Of a DNA stretch of 64,000 bases, positions 9,579 to 18,463 are shown in pieces (within the stretch, counting starts at the first letter, position 1; each line of letters starts with the position of its first letter). The stretch covers positions 2,912,001 through 2,976,000 of the forward strand of contig OZ253442.1 in assembly GCA_965261085.1 (NCBI GenBank), in the 5' to 3' direction. This stretch comes from a bacterium (lineage in GTDB: Bacteria > UBA8248). The translations under genes were made by a program, and so were the position numbers. Under the pieces are notes generated by a model. The model had not been told where the DNA came from. It saw only the letters and a program-made list of their open reading frames with translations, and did no database searches.

Positions 9579-10517
9579 TCAGTAGACGGGCAGAATATCC
9601 TTCTCGTACGTCTCATCCACGCCCCGGGCGGCGGCGTAGAAGATTTCTTGCAGCCTGCGCGTGATTTTCCCGGGTTTTCCGTCTCCGACCTCGATGCGGT
9701 CAAGAGAGAGCACAGGCGCAACCTCGGCGGCCGAGCCGCATATCATCGCCTCATCGGCCACGTAGACTTCCGTGCGATCCATGGGTCGCTCCACGGGTTC
9801 GGGGCCGATGTGCCTCCCGAACATCTCGAGCACGCTATCGCGCGTGATGCTCTCTAAAATAGAGTCCGTCACCGGCGGTGTGATGAGCTTGCCCTCGCGC
9901 ATGATCATCACGCACGTGCCCGTGCACTCGGCCACCGTGCCGCTCCGGTTCAGCAGGAGGGCGTCGTCGTACCCGTTGATCCGCGCCTCCACGCCCGCGA
10001 GCCTGCCGTTCTGGTAGTTGGCCGACGCCTTCACGCGCGGGGGCACGGAATCGTCCGAAATGCGCCGCCAACTGCTCACGCACAGGTTCACGCCCTGCTC
10101 CTGACGCTTGCGGTTGCTGTTCGGCCCCCCGCTGATGAAGACGCACGTGTCCACCTCATCCGCCGCATAGCCCTTCATGTCCAAAGGCCCCGAATCGTCA
10201 AAGTACACGTTCAGGCGAAAGTGGAGGTCTTCTTTGAACTCGTTCGCCTGTATCCACTCGATGACGGCGTCCTTGAACTCTTCCGCCGTATAGGGCGGCG
10301 TCATCCGCATCACCCGCATCGAGTCGAACAGCCGCCTGATGTGCGGGTCGATCTTCCAGAGGAAGAGATTGTTTCTCTCCTCGCTCCAATAGGCGCGAAT
10401 TCCCTCGTACACGCTCGAGCCCCTCAGAACAGCCTGGCTGAAAACACTGATCTTGGCGTCTTCGGGCGGCACCACCTCTCCGTTGAGCCATACTTTGGCA
10501 TGATCGTAACTGGGCAC
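9579..10517 (-). CDS. Branched-chain amino acid aminotransferase-like (PLP class IV)
   Basis: VWLNGE, YEGIRAY, RVKASANY, ILESITRDS, EVYVADE and VGDGKPGKIT motifs. Confidence 0.92.
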   Translation of the reverse strand: MPSYDHAKVWLNGEVVPPEDAKISVFSQAVLRGSSVYEGIRAYWSEERNNLFLWKIDPHIRRLFDSMRVMRMTPPYTAEEFKDAVIEWIQANEFKEDLHFRLNVYFDDSGPLDMKGYAADEVDTCVFISGGPNSNRKRQEQGVNLCVSSWRRISDDSVPPRVKASANYQNGRLAGVEARINGYDDALLLNRSGTVAECTGTCVMIMREGKLITPPVTDSILESITRDSVLEMFGRHIGPEPVERPMDRTEVYVADEAMICGSAAEVAPVLSLDRIEVGDGKPGKITRRLQEIFYAAARGVDETYEKDILPVY

Positions 10518-10680
10518 GTGAACCTCCGATATGGAAGTGAAATTGAATTATCAACACAGGAGACGCGGCATCATGAACAATTTAGGGGCAGTTTGACAAG
10601 CGGCGGCAACACTGCAACCCTTCAAATAAAGAGCCCGAGCCATTCGGCTGGATAAAAAACAAAAAGTGGCGGGAATTCTC

Positions 10681-11418
<738 letters not shown>

Positions 11419-11464
11419 TATCAGGCTCGAACAATCTCGGCTAGGCGCGCGCAGGATAGAAAAT

Positions 11465-12151
11465 TCAGACGGCCGTCGTGTCCTCGATGGCCTGCTGGCC
11501 CTTCAGTCGGCCCAGCCGGTTCCCGTACTGTGACAACGTGAAACAACAGACGAAATAGACGAACGCGATGAAGGTGAACACGGCGAAGGATGCATTTTCG
11601 CGGCCATTGACGATGGTGCCCGAGCGGAAAAACTCGATGACGCCGATCACGAAGGCGAGCGAGGTGTTCTTGAAAAGCGCCACCGTTCTGTTCATGATGG
11701 CGGGAGCCATGTTGCGCAGCGCCTGGGGCAGAACGATGTAGCGCATCGCCTGGATATAGCCCAGCCCGGTGGAGTACGCCGCCGCCATTTGCCCTCTGGG
11801 GACGGAGTCGAGCCCCGCGCGGATGATTTCCGCCGCATACGATCCATTGTGGAGCATGAGCGCCCAGACGGCCGCCCAGAACGGGCTCAGCGAAAACCCC
11901 ACCAGCGGCCTGCTCAAAAAATACACCCAGACGACGAACATGAGGCCGGGCGTTCCGCGTATGACTTCCACCACGGCCGCGGCAGGCAGCCTGAGCCACC
12001 AGAGTTTCGAGTGCCGCATCGCGCCGAATACGACGGCGAACGTCCAGCAGCCCACCCAGCTGATGGCGAAAATCTCCAGCGTCAGTTGAAACGCCTGGGC
12101 GAAAAACCCGAAGTTCTCCGGAATGACGTGCCACTTCCAAAAAGATTCCAA
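11465..12151 (-). CDS. Amino-acid ABC transporter permease (HisM/GlnP family)
   Basis: IRGTP, YAAEIIRAG, LPQALR and FKNTSL motifs. Confidence 0.93.
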   Translation of the reverse strand: MESFWKWHVIPENFGFFAQAFQLTLEIFAISWVGCWTFAVVFGAMRHSKLWWLRLPAAAVVEVIRGTPGLMFVVWVYFLSRPLVGFSLSPFWAAVWALMLHNGSYAAEIIRAGLDSVPRGQMAAAYSTGLGYIQAMRYIVLPQALRNMAPAIMNRTVALFKNTSLAFVIGVIEFFRSGTIVNGRENASFAVFTFIAFVYFVCCFTLSQYGNRLGRLKGQQAIEDTTAV

Positions 12152-12178
12152 CGAAAATTCCCCTCCTCGATCCGCCGC

Positions 12179-13054
12179 CTACGTGCCCGAGCGAACCTTC
12201 AGGCCGAAGTAAGACTGGACCCCGTAAATTACGCCCACCGTCATCAGGGTGAGCAACAGGAACAACAAAGTCCCCGTACTGTACGCCTCGAAACCAGCGA
12301 AGGTTTCCTCTTCTATCTTTTGCGAGAAATACATGAGGTCGGTGATGGCTATGGTCATCGCCACGGCCGAGTTCTTGATGATGTTCAGCACCTGGCTCGA
12401 CATCGGCGGTATGACGATGACGAGCGCCTGGGGGAGAATGATGTAGCGCCATGCCTGGGCGCGGGACAATCCCGTGGAGGCGGCCGCCTCCCACTGGCCT
12501 TTCGTGACCGAGCGGATGCCCGAGCGCACCACCTCGCCCATGTAGGCCCCCGTGTAGAGGGAGAGCGCGATGACGCAGGCGAAGGTGCTGGGAACGAGAA
12601 TCTGAATCCCCAGGGGCTCGTTGATGAGCGCATTCAACAATTCCTGCAAGCCAAAATACGCCCACCACATCTGCACCAGCAGGGGGATGTTCCTGAACAC
12701 CTCGACATACGCGGTCGAGAAAGCGCGGATCCACCGGATTTCCGTCGTCCTGCCGATTCCGCAAAAAATGCCGAGCACCAGGCTGATGACGAGCGACCAC
12801 GCGAAGATGTACATCGTCGTGCCCACGCCCCGGAGCAGGAACATCCGGTAATCCCAGATCACGCCCCAACGCCACTGGTAGCTGAATTCCGTCTCGAAAT
12901 CGATGGGCCACAAATCAAAGATGAAGTACCATACGACGAATAGCGCGACGCTCCCCCAGGTGAGGAAAAACGCTTTTCTCTCCCGGGGACTCTCAAAAAG
13001 CCTCCATTTCTTCGCGCTTCGAATCATGCTTGCGCCCGTCGCATCGCCAACCAT
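12179..13054 (-). CDS. Amino-acid ABC transporter permease (HisQ/GlnP family)
   Basis: YVEVFRNIPLLVQ, GQWEAA, ILPQA and IKNS motifs. Start is uncertain (13054 after GGGAG, or 13027). Confidence 0.92.
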   Translation of the reverse strand: MVGDATGASMIRSAKKWRLFESPRERKAFFLTWGSVALFVVWYFIFDLWPIDFETEFSYQWRWGVIWDYRMFLLRGVGTTMYIFAWSLVISLVLGIFCGIGRTTEIRWIRAFSTAYVEVFRNIPLLVQMWWAYFGLQELLNALINEPLGIQILVPSTFACVIALSLYTGAYMGEVVRSGIRSVTKGQWEAAASTGLSRAQAWRYIILPQALVIVIPPMSSQVLNIIKNSAVAMTIAITDLMYFSQKIEEETFAGFEAYSTGTLLFLLLTLMTVGVIYGVQSYFGLKVRSGT

Positions 13055-13075
13055 CCAGACTCCCGCCAAGCGAAA

Positions 13076-13101
13076 GCGGCCACCCGGAGTCGGGCGGCCG
13101 C
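13076..13101 (-). terminator. Intergenic stem-loop downstream of the solute-binding gene
   Basis: GCGGCCACCCG-GAGT-CGGGCGGCCGC inverted repeat. Confidence 0.5.
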
Positions 13102-13148
13102 GTCCGCTTTAGATGAACATCAAAGACTCTCGTTCATTTAACGCGCGT

Positions 13149-13946
13149 TTATTTCGGGAACCACGGCAAGTTGAAGTCCGGGTTCTTTCCGAACCATTTT
13201 CTCCAGATGGCGTGGTATTTCTTCGTCTCCCACAACTCGAGAATGACGTTGTTGACGTAATCGCGCCAATCCGAGTCGTTTTCCCGAAGGCCCATACCAT
13301 AAGGCTCGATGGTGTAGAGTTTGCCCGGAACGATGAGATCCGGGTTATTCGCCTGCAGCCACTGGAGGAGAATATCGTCCGTCACCATGGCGTCCACCTT
13401 CTTCTGCTTGAGCGCAAGGAGGTTCTCCGTGTGCTCCTGGAAGGGAACGATGATGGCCTTGGGCTGGACCTTCAGTAGGTTGGGGCCGGAGTTTCCGCCC
13501 TGAACGGAGGCGACGCGCTTCCCGGCCAACTGAGAGATGTGCTTGATGCCGGTGTCCTTGCGGGTGATGAAGCGCTGCCCCGTGATGAGGTAGTGCATCG
13601 AGAAGTCGATGACCTTATCGCGCGCGCGCTTGTGCGTCATCGTGGCGGCGATCAGATCCACGTTGCCGTTCACGATCAAGGGTATGCGCGTCTTCGAAAG
13701 CGCCTGGACGAACTTCACCTTCACGCCCAGCTTCTTGGCGATCTCCCTGACGAGATCCACGTCGAACCCATCGGGCTTCCCTGTTTTCTTGTTGATGAAG
13801 CCCATGGGAGGAAAGTCGAACTTCACCCCGGCGACCAGGGTTCCCCGCTTCTTCACCTTCTCGAGTACCGATTCGGCCGATTCTCCGCTCACGCCCAAAG
13901 ACAGCGCGAATACGAACAGGATCAATCCGAGTAACCATCGTCTCAT
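13149..13946 (-). CDS. Polar amino-acid ABC transporter substrate-binding protein (SBP family 3)
   Basis: Signal peptide; GFDVDL, RIPLI..G.VDL, T....R.KVIDFS and EPYGMG motifs. Confidence 0.95.
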   Translation of the reverse strand: MRRWLLGLILFVFALSLGVSGESAESVLEKVKKRGTLVAGVKFDFPPMGFINKKTGKPDGFDVDLVREIAKKLGVKVKFVQALSKTRIPLIVNGNVDLIAATMTHKRARDKVIDFSMHYLITGQRFITRKDTGIKHISQLAGKRVASVQGGNSGPNLLKVQPKAIIVPFQEHTENLLALKQKKVDAMVTDDILLQWLQANNPDLIVPGKLYTIEPYGMGLRENDSDWRDYVNNVILELWETKKYHAIWRKWFGKNPDFNLPWFPK

Positions 13947-14066
13947 TTGTTCTCCCTCCCTTATCTTGCGAAGAAAATAAAAGCAGGCGGCCCTCGCAGC
14001 CGTCCGGCCAACCGAAACCCTCAGGCAAGCAACTCATCCATATATTTTTGCTGGCCCCATAGCCAC

Positions 14067-14095
14067 ACTATGGGAAAGGCGCCGGAGCATGTCAA
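14067..14095 (-). promoter_or_regulatory. Sigma70-type promoter of ABC transporter operon
   Basis: Minus strand reads TTGACA-17 nt-CATAGT. Confidence 0.7.
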
Positions 14096-14244
14096 GCGAT
14101 TGAAAATCTCCCTTTTTCTAAAGCATCCAGCCGATGCGCAGCGTTTTCGCCTCCACGCTCACCAGAATTCGAGCACAGCTTTCTCCCGCCTTATCAAGCC
14201 TTTCTTTCCAATGCCGGATGCCGCCCTGCCCTGCGCGGTAGAGG

Positions 14245-15054
14245 CTAGTTCAGCAATCTGTACAGGCGCTCATCATACAGACTGCCCGTGAGCGGGTTCA
14301 GGACAAATTGCGGATCCTTCGCGACACCGCTGCCCGGTTTGATGCCCGACAGTATATCGCGAAAATTCTTCACGTCGCCGGTCACCTGGTGGGCTTCCTG
14401 CGATTTAGCCGAGTCCCACATTTCCACGACCGTCATGTGATTCGAGCGGTTCGATTGGGTGATCACGTCGAAGCGCATGTTGCCGGGATGGGAACGGCTG
14501 GCCTTGACCAGTCCGACAACCAGTTCGTTGCCGCACGGGCCGGCCTTGTCGATCTGGCGCTTGCATGGTGCGAACTGCTCGGGCGGAATGATGTCCACAT
14601 GCGTCACGACGTAGACGGTCGAAGCCGAGCCCTTGGCGATTTTCGCCGGGTCCACCGCGTCGAGGCTGACGTGGGGACGCTCGTCATAGGGGTTGTACAG
14701 ATGCGATTGCAAGGCCTTGCGGAAGCTGATGGTGTGCGCGGTCTTGGCGTGGTTCGCCCGGGCTTTCGGGCCCGTCCAGGCTTCCAGAACGACGAAATGT
14801 CCTTTGCGGCCGATGCGCTCCAGCGCCTCGAAGCGGAGATTACCGGCCTCGCTCTTGCTCGCGGCGACCTGTTTTTTGAGCAAGGCAGCGGCCGCGACGG
14901 CGGATGATGGCGCAACTTCGACATAAGAGAGGATGTGCAGCGGTTTATCGGAAAGTATCGTGCCATCGCGTAGTTTCGTGTCGGCCTGAGCGGACAATGC
15001 GAAAGCCAACGACAAGACCATGAAACCAGATAGCGTACGGAATAAAGTCTTCAT
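14245..15054 (-). CDS. Secreted protein with two ABM (antibiotic biosynthesis monooxygenase-like) domains
   Basis: Signal peptide (LSAQA); two repeats of S+.+.GN+RF+...R..H..V+E.W......H, each ending YDER. Confidence 0.85.
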   Translation of the reverse strand: MKTLFRTLSGFMVLSLAFALSAQADTKLRDGTILSDKPLHILSYVEVAPSSAVAAAALLKKQVAASKSEAGNLRFEALERIGRKGHFVVLEAWTGPKARANHAKTAHTISFRKALQSHLYNPYDERPHVSLDAVDPAKIAKGSASTVYVVTHVDIIPPEQFAPCKRQIDKAGPCGNELVVGLVKASRSHPGNMRFDVITQSNRSNHMTVVEMWDSAKSQEAHQVTGDVKNFRDILSGIKPGSGVAKDPQFVLNPLTGSLYDERLYRLLN

Positions 15055-15205
15055 CGTGCATTCCCCCTTCTTTCTGAATTAAGCGGCTTGCGTCCTTAAT
15101 TCTTACTAGGTACGGAGAACACGGAGACTTGGGTCATGAAACATGAAACGAGAACTGGTCCGGTTGGGTCACTCACGTGAGTCTGGATATGGTTTTGATG
15201 TCCAC

Positions 15206-15234
15206 ACTATGGGAGAGCCGCCGGGCCGTGTCAA
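15206..15234 (-). promoter_or_regulatory. Sigma70-type promoter of the ABM gene
   Basis: Minus strand reads TTGACA-17 nt-CATAGT. Confidence 0.7.
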
Positions 15235-15290
15235 ACGATGAGAAATCGCCCTTTTTTGGAAAGCGCTTCGACGATGCGCGCCTTCCCGCC

Positions 15291-15320
15291 TTGACGCTCG
15301 GGCGCGCTTGGGCGTAGCGT
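15291..15320 (+). promoter_or_regulatory. Candidate sigma70 promoter of aminotransferase/threonine-synthase-like operon
   Basis: TTGACG-18 nt-TAGCGT about 45 nt upstream of ATG 15366. Confidence 0.4.
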
Positions 15321-15365
15321 TATCCCCAACAGATTTTCAGAATCCCCACCCTTCTGGAGATTTTC

Positions 15366-16736
15366 ATGCAGCAGCCCACGGACACCCCCAAGCTCTCGGA
15401 CGCTTATGCCGAATCCCTGCCCGTTTCGCGCGCCCTCTACGATCGGGCGAAAGAAGTTTTTCCCGACGGGGTGACGCACGACAACCGCAGGATGCAGCCA
15501 TTCCCCATCTACATTGAGCGCGCCGAGGGCGCATACAAGTGGGACGTGGACGGCAACCGCTACATCGACTACTGGATGGGCCACGGAGCTCTCTTGTTCG
15601 GGCACAACCCGCCCCACATCCGCGACGCCGTGAGCGAGGCCGTACTCCAGGGCTCGCACTACGGTGCCGGCCACAGGCTGGAGGTGGAATGGGGCGAATG
15701 GGTGCAGCGTCTCGTGCCCTGCGCCGAGCGGGTGCGCTTTACGGCTTCTGGCACCGAGGCGACGCACATGGCGCTGAGGCTCGCGCGCGCCTTAACGGGA
15801 AGAAAGCGCGTGGTGAAATTCGCGGGCCATTTTCACGGCTGGCACGAGGGGCTCGAGATCGGTGTGCGCGCCCCCTACACGAACGAACCAGAAGCGGGAC
15901 AACTGGAAGAGGTGACCGATCTGGTTACCGTCTGTCCGCCGGATGACCTGGAAGCCGTCCGGGGCGCTCTGGCATCGAGAGAGGTTGCGGCGCTCATCCT
16001 GGAGCCGACCGGAGGGCACTTCGGCACCATCCCCATGAAAAAGGATTTCGTGGCGGCGCTCAGGGAAGAAACCGAAAAGGCGGGCACGCTGCTCATCTTC
16101 GATGAGGTGGTTACCGGCTTTCGCGTATCGCCGGGCGGTGCGCAGGCGCACTTGGGCGTGACGCCGGACCTCACGAGCCTCGCCAAAGTACTCGCGGGCG
16201 GCCTGCCGGGCGGGGCCGTCGTCGGTCGGGCGGATGTTATGGAATACCTCGCCACCAAGCCGGACCCCGAAGTGAACCGCCACACGAAAATCGCCCATCA
16301 CGGCACCTTCAACGCCAACCCTATTTCCGCCGCCGCAGGATGCGCCATGCTCTCCTCTCTGGCCGACGGCCGCGCCACGAAAGAGGTAAACGCGCAGGCG
16401 CAAAAGCTGAGAGCCGGGATGAACGAGATTCTCGCGCAAGAGGCAGTGGCCTGGAAGGTGTATGGCGAATACAGCGACTGGAAAATTTTCTTTGACGCCG
16501 ACGCCCCGCCACGCGACGGGGCGGATCAGGACGTGAGCGGAATCGACTGGCGGCGTCTCGATACCAAGAACGCACAGAAAAGCCGCGCTCTGCGCCAAGC
16601 CCTGATCCTCCACGGGGTGGATTTCAACGGAGCGCGAGCCCTCGTAGGCACGTGCCACACGGATGACGTGATTGAGGAAACGCTCGCCGCCTTCCGGGCG
16701 GGCGTGCAGACCATGAAGGAAGAAGGCATCGCCTAG
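15366..16736 (+). CDS. PLP aminotransferase class III, glutamate-1-semialdehyde aminomutase-like
   Basis: WDVDGNRYIDY, SGTEAT, FAGHFHG, LIFDEVVTGFR, LAKVLAGGLP and HGTFNANP motifs. Confidence 0.9.
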   Translation: MQQPTDTPKLSDAYAESLPVSRALYDRAKEVFPDGVTHDNRRMQPFPIYIERAEGAYKWDVDGNRYIDYWMGHGALLFGHNPPHIRDAVSEAVLQGSHYGAGHRLEVEWGEWVQRLVPCAERVRFTASGTEATHMALRLARALTGRKRVVKFAGHFHGWHEGLEIGVRAPYTNEPEAGQLEEVTDLVTVCPPDDLEAVRGALASREVAALILEPTGGHFGTIPMKKDFVAALREETEKAGTLLIFDEVVTGFRVSPGGAQAHLGVTPDLTSLAKVLAGGLPGGAVVGRADVMEYLATKPDPEVNRHTKIAHHGTFNANPISAAAGCAMLSSLADGRATKEVNAQAQKLRAGMNEILAQEAVAWKVYGEYSDWKIFFDADAPPRDGADQDVSGIDWRRLDTKNAQKSRALRQALILHGVDFNGARALVGTCHTDDVIEETLAAFRAGVQTMKEEGIA

Positions 16737-16843
16737 AATTTACTGAATTGAGAGGCTTCGTAGCCCCAGCCCTCAAGACCGATTGCGCCATAGATGAGAA
16801 TTGCAGACCCGCGACCGAAGAAAATGATTAAGGAGAACCCCAC

Positions 16844-18094
16844 TTGTACAGCGCGCTGAAAGGCCATTTGAGCTTAGAGTCCGGACGCATCGTGGACGAC
16901 ATGGAAAACCCCTTCACCTGCCCCGATACGGGCGGGAATTTACAGGGCAGCTACGACCTCGAGTGGATAAGGGCGCATGTGGACAGGGACGAGGTCGCCC
17001 GCAGGCCGAGGGGAATCTGGCGCTGGCGCGAATTGCTGCCCGTGCGGGATGAGAAAAACGTAGTTTCACTCGTGGAGGGAGATACTCCCCTCATCCACGC
17101 CGAAAGGCTCGGAGAGTCGCTCGGGTACGGGAACCTCTACATCCTGGATGAATCGAGAAACCCCACCGGCTCGTTCAAAGACAGAGGCGGATCGGTCACC
17201 ATCAGCAAGTGCAAGGAAGTGGGTGTGGACCGCATCGTGCTGCCCTCATCGGGTAACGCGGCGGCCTGTTTCAGCGCCTATTGCGCGCGGGGGGGAATCG
17301 AGTTCATCGGCTTCATGCGTGACGACAGCTCGGCCGTCCATTGCCTTCAAGTGGGCGCCTACGGGGCGTTTGCGCTCATCATCGAGGGCGATCAGGGCGT
17401 GGGCGGGCGCTTCGCCGAGGCGGTATCCAAAGAGTTGGGCTGCCTGCACGCCACCCTGCCCCGCAACCTCTACAGAATCGAAGGGAAAAAGACGGCGGCC
17501 TATGAAATTTCCGAAAAACTCGGCTGGCGCGCTCCCGACCGAGTCGTCTGCCCCACGGCGGGCGGCACGATGGCGCTCGCCATGGACCAGGGCTTCCGTG
17601 AACTGCTGGCCCTGGGCTGGATAGACGAGATGCCTGCGATCGACGTCGTACAACCCGATGGCTGCGCGCCTATCGTGAAAGCCCTCCACACGAGCGGTAA
17701 GGTCGAACCCTGGGGCGAGGTGCGCACGAAATCAGCCGGTCTCACGAGCCCCTCCCCCGGTGCCGGCGAGCGCGTGGTAGAAGTGGTGCGGCGCTCCGAG
17801 GGCCACGGCGTGCTCGTGAGCGATGCGATGAACCTGGAAGCCGAGTTCCAGATCGCCAGACGCGAGGGGCTGTTCCTTCAACCCGCCTCGGCGGCGTCCG
17901 TGGCCAGTTTGATGGAGGGAGCCGAGCGGCCCGGGAAGCCGGAAGCCGATGAAACAATCGTCTGCATCGGCACGGGCACGGTCAAGAACGCGACGGAGGT
18001 GGCGAGCGAAGCCCTCGGCAGACCGGGGCGTATCCCACCGGATATCGAGGCCTTCAAACGAGCACGCGCCTCCTGGCGAGGGAACGGCGCTTAA
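16844..18094 (+). CDS. Threonine synthase-like PLP enzyme (fold type II)
   Basis: EGDTPL, NPTGSFKDRG, SSGNAA, YRIEGKKTAAYEI and TGT motifs; TTG start after AAGGAG. Confidence 0.88.
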   Translation: MYSALKGHLSLESGRIVDDMENPFTCPDTGGNLQGSYDLEWIRAHVDRDEVARRPRGIWRWRELLPVRDEKNVVSLVEGDTPLIHAERLGESLGYGNLYILDESRNPTGSFKDRGGSVTISKCKEVGVDRIVLPSSGNAAACFSAYCARGGIEFIGFMRDDSSAVHCLQVGAYGAFALIIEGDQGVGGRFAEAVSKELGCLHATLPRNLYRIEGKKTAAYEISEKLGWRAPDRVVCPTAGGTMALAMDQGFRELLALGWIDEMPAIDVVQPDGCAPIVKALHTSGKVEPWGEVRTKSAGLTSPSPGAGERVVEVVRRSEGHGVLVSDAMNLEAEFQIARREGLFLQPASAASVASLMEGAERPGKPEADETIVCIGTGTVKNATEVASEALGRPGRIPPDIEAFKRARASWRGNGA

Positions 18095-18364
18095 GGCACT
18101 GGGTTAAAGGCATGCCATTCTCCAGAAATCGGTGAAATATGGCCCCCAGCGGCAAGTTCACTAAAGGTAACCGTTCCGTACCTCAGCGGACATAAAAGCA
18201 CCTCACCAAAAGAGTTCGTTCCTCGTAGTTCTTTTCGTGGAGACCCGGCGGACGCGCCCCACGCCGACCTATCGCTTACAACACCTCCAAAAGCGGGCGA
18301 AAATCACCCCCTACTTTCGATATTTTATCATCTTCTACTTCAGCATATCCCTCATAAGTAACTA

Positions 18365-18391
18365 TTGACAAATAAATTATCAGTTTGTCAA
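18365..18391. promoter_or_regulatory. Inverted repeat TTGACAAA-N11-TTTGTCAA in AT-rich promoter region
   Basis: Perfect 8-bp inverted repeat with TTGACA on both strands, upstream of the radical SAM gene. Confidence 0.55.
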
Positions 18392-18463
18392 AAAATATAT
18401 TTACTTTCGTTATATTTTCGTATATATTTCTTCCTCACGCCAATTCACACTGGGAGAACAATC

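Larger units (their letters stand above)
14063..15326. repeat. ~125-bp imperfect direct repeat (14063-14187 and 15202-15326) flanking the ABM gene
   Basis: CCACACTATGGGA.AG.CGCCGG...TGTCAA.CGAT...AAATC.CCCTTTTT..AAAGC...CGATGCGC...CGCCT..ACGCTC occurs twice, offset 1139 bp. Confidence 0.85.

Noticed and set aside
18210-18235. GTTC repeats resembling an alphaproteobacterial LexA box
   Set aside because: Spacing is 6 or 10 nt, not GTTC-N7-GTTC, and the site is far from the radical SAM start.
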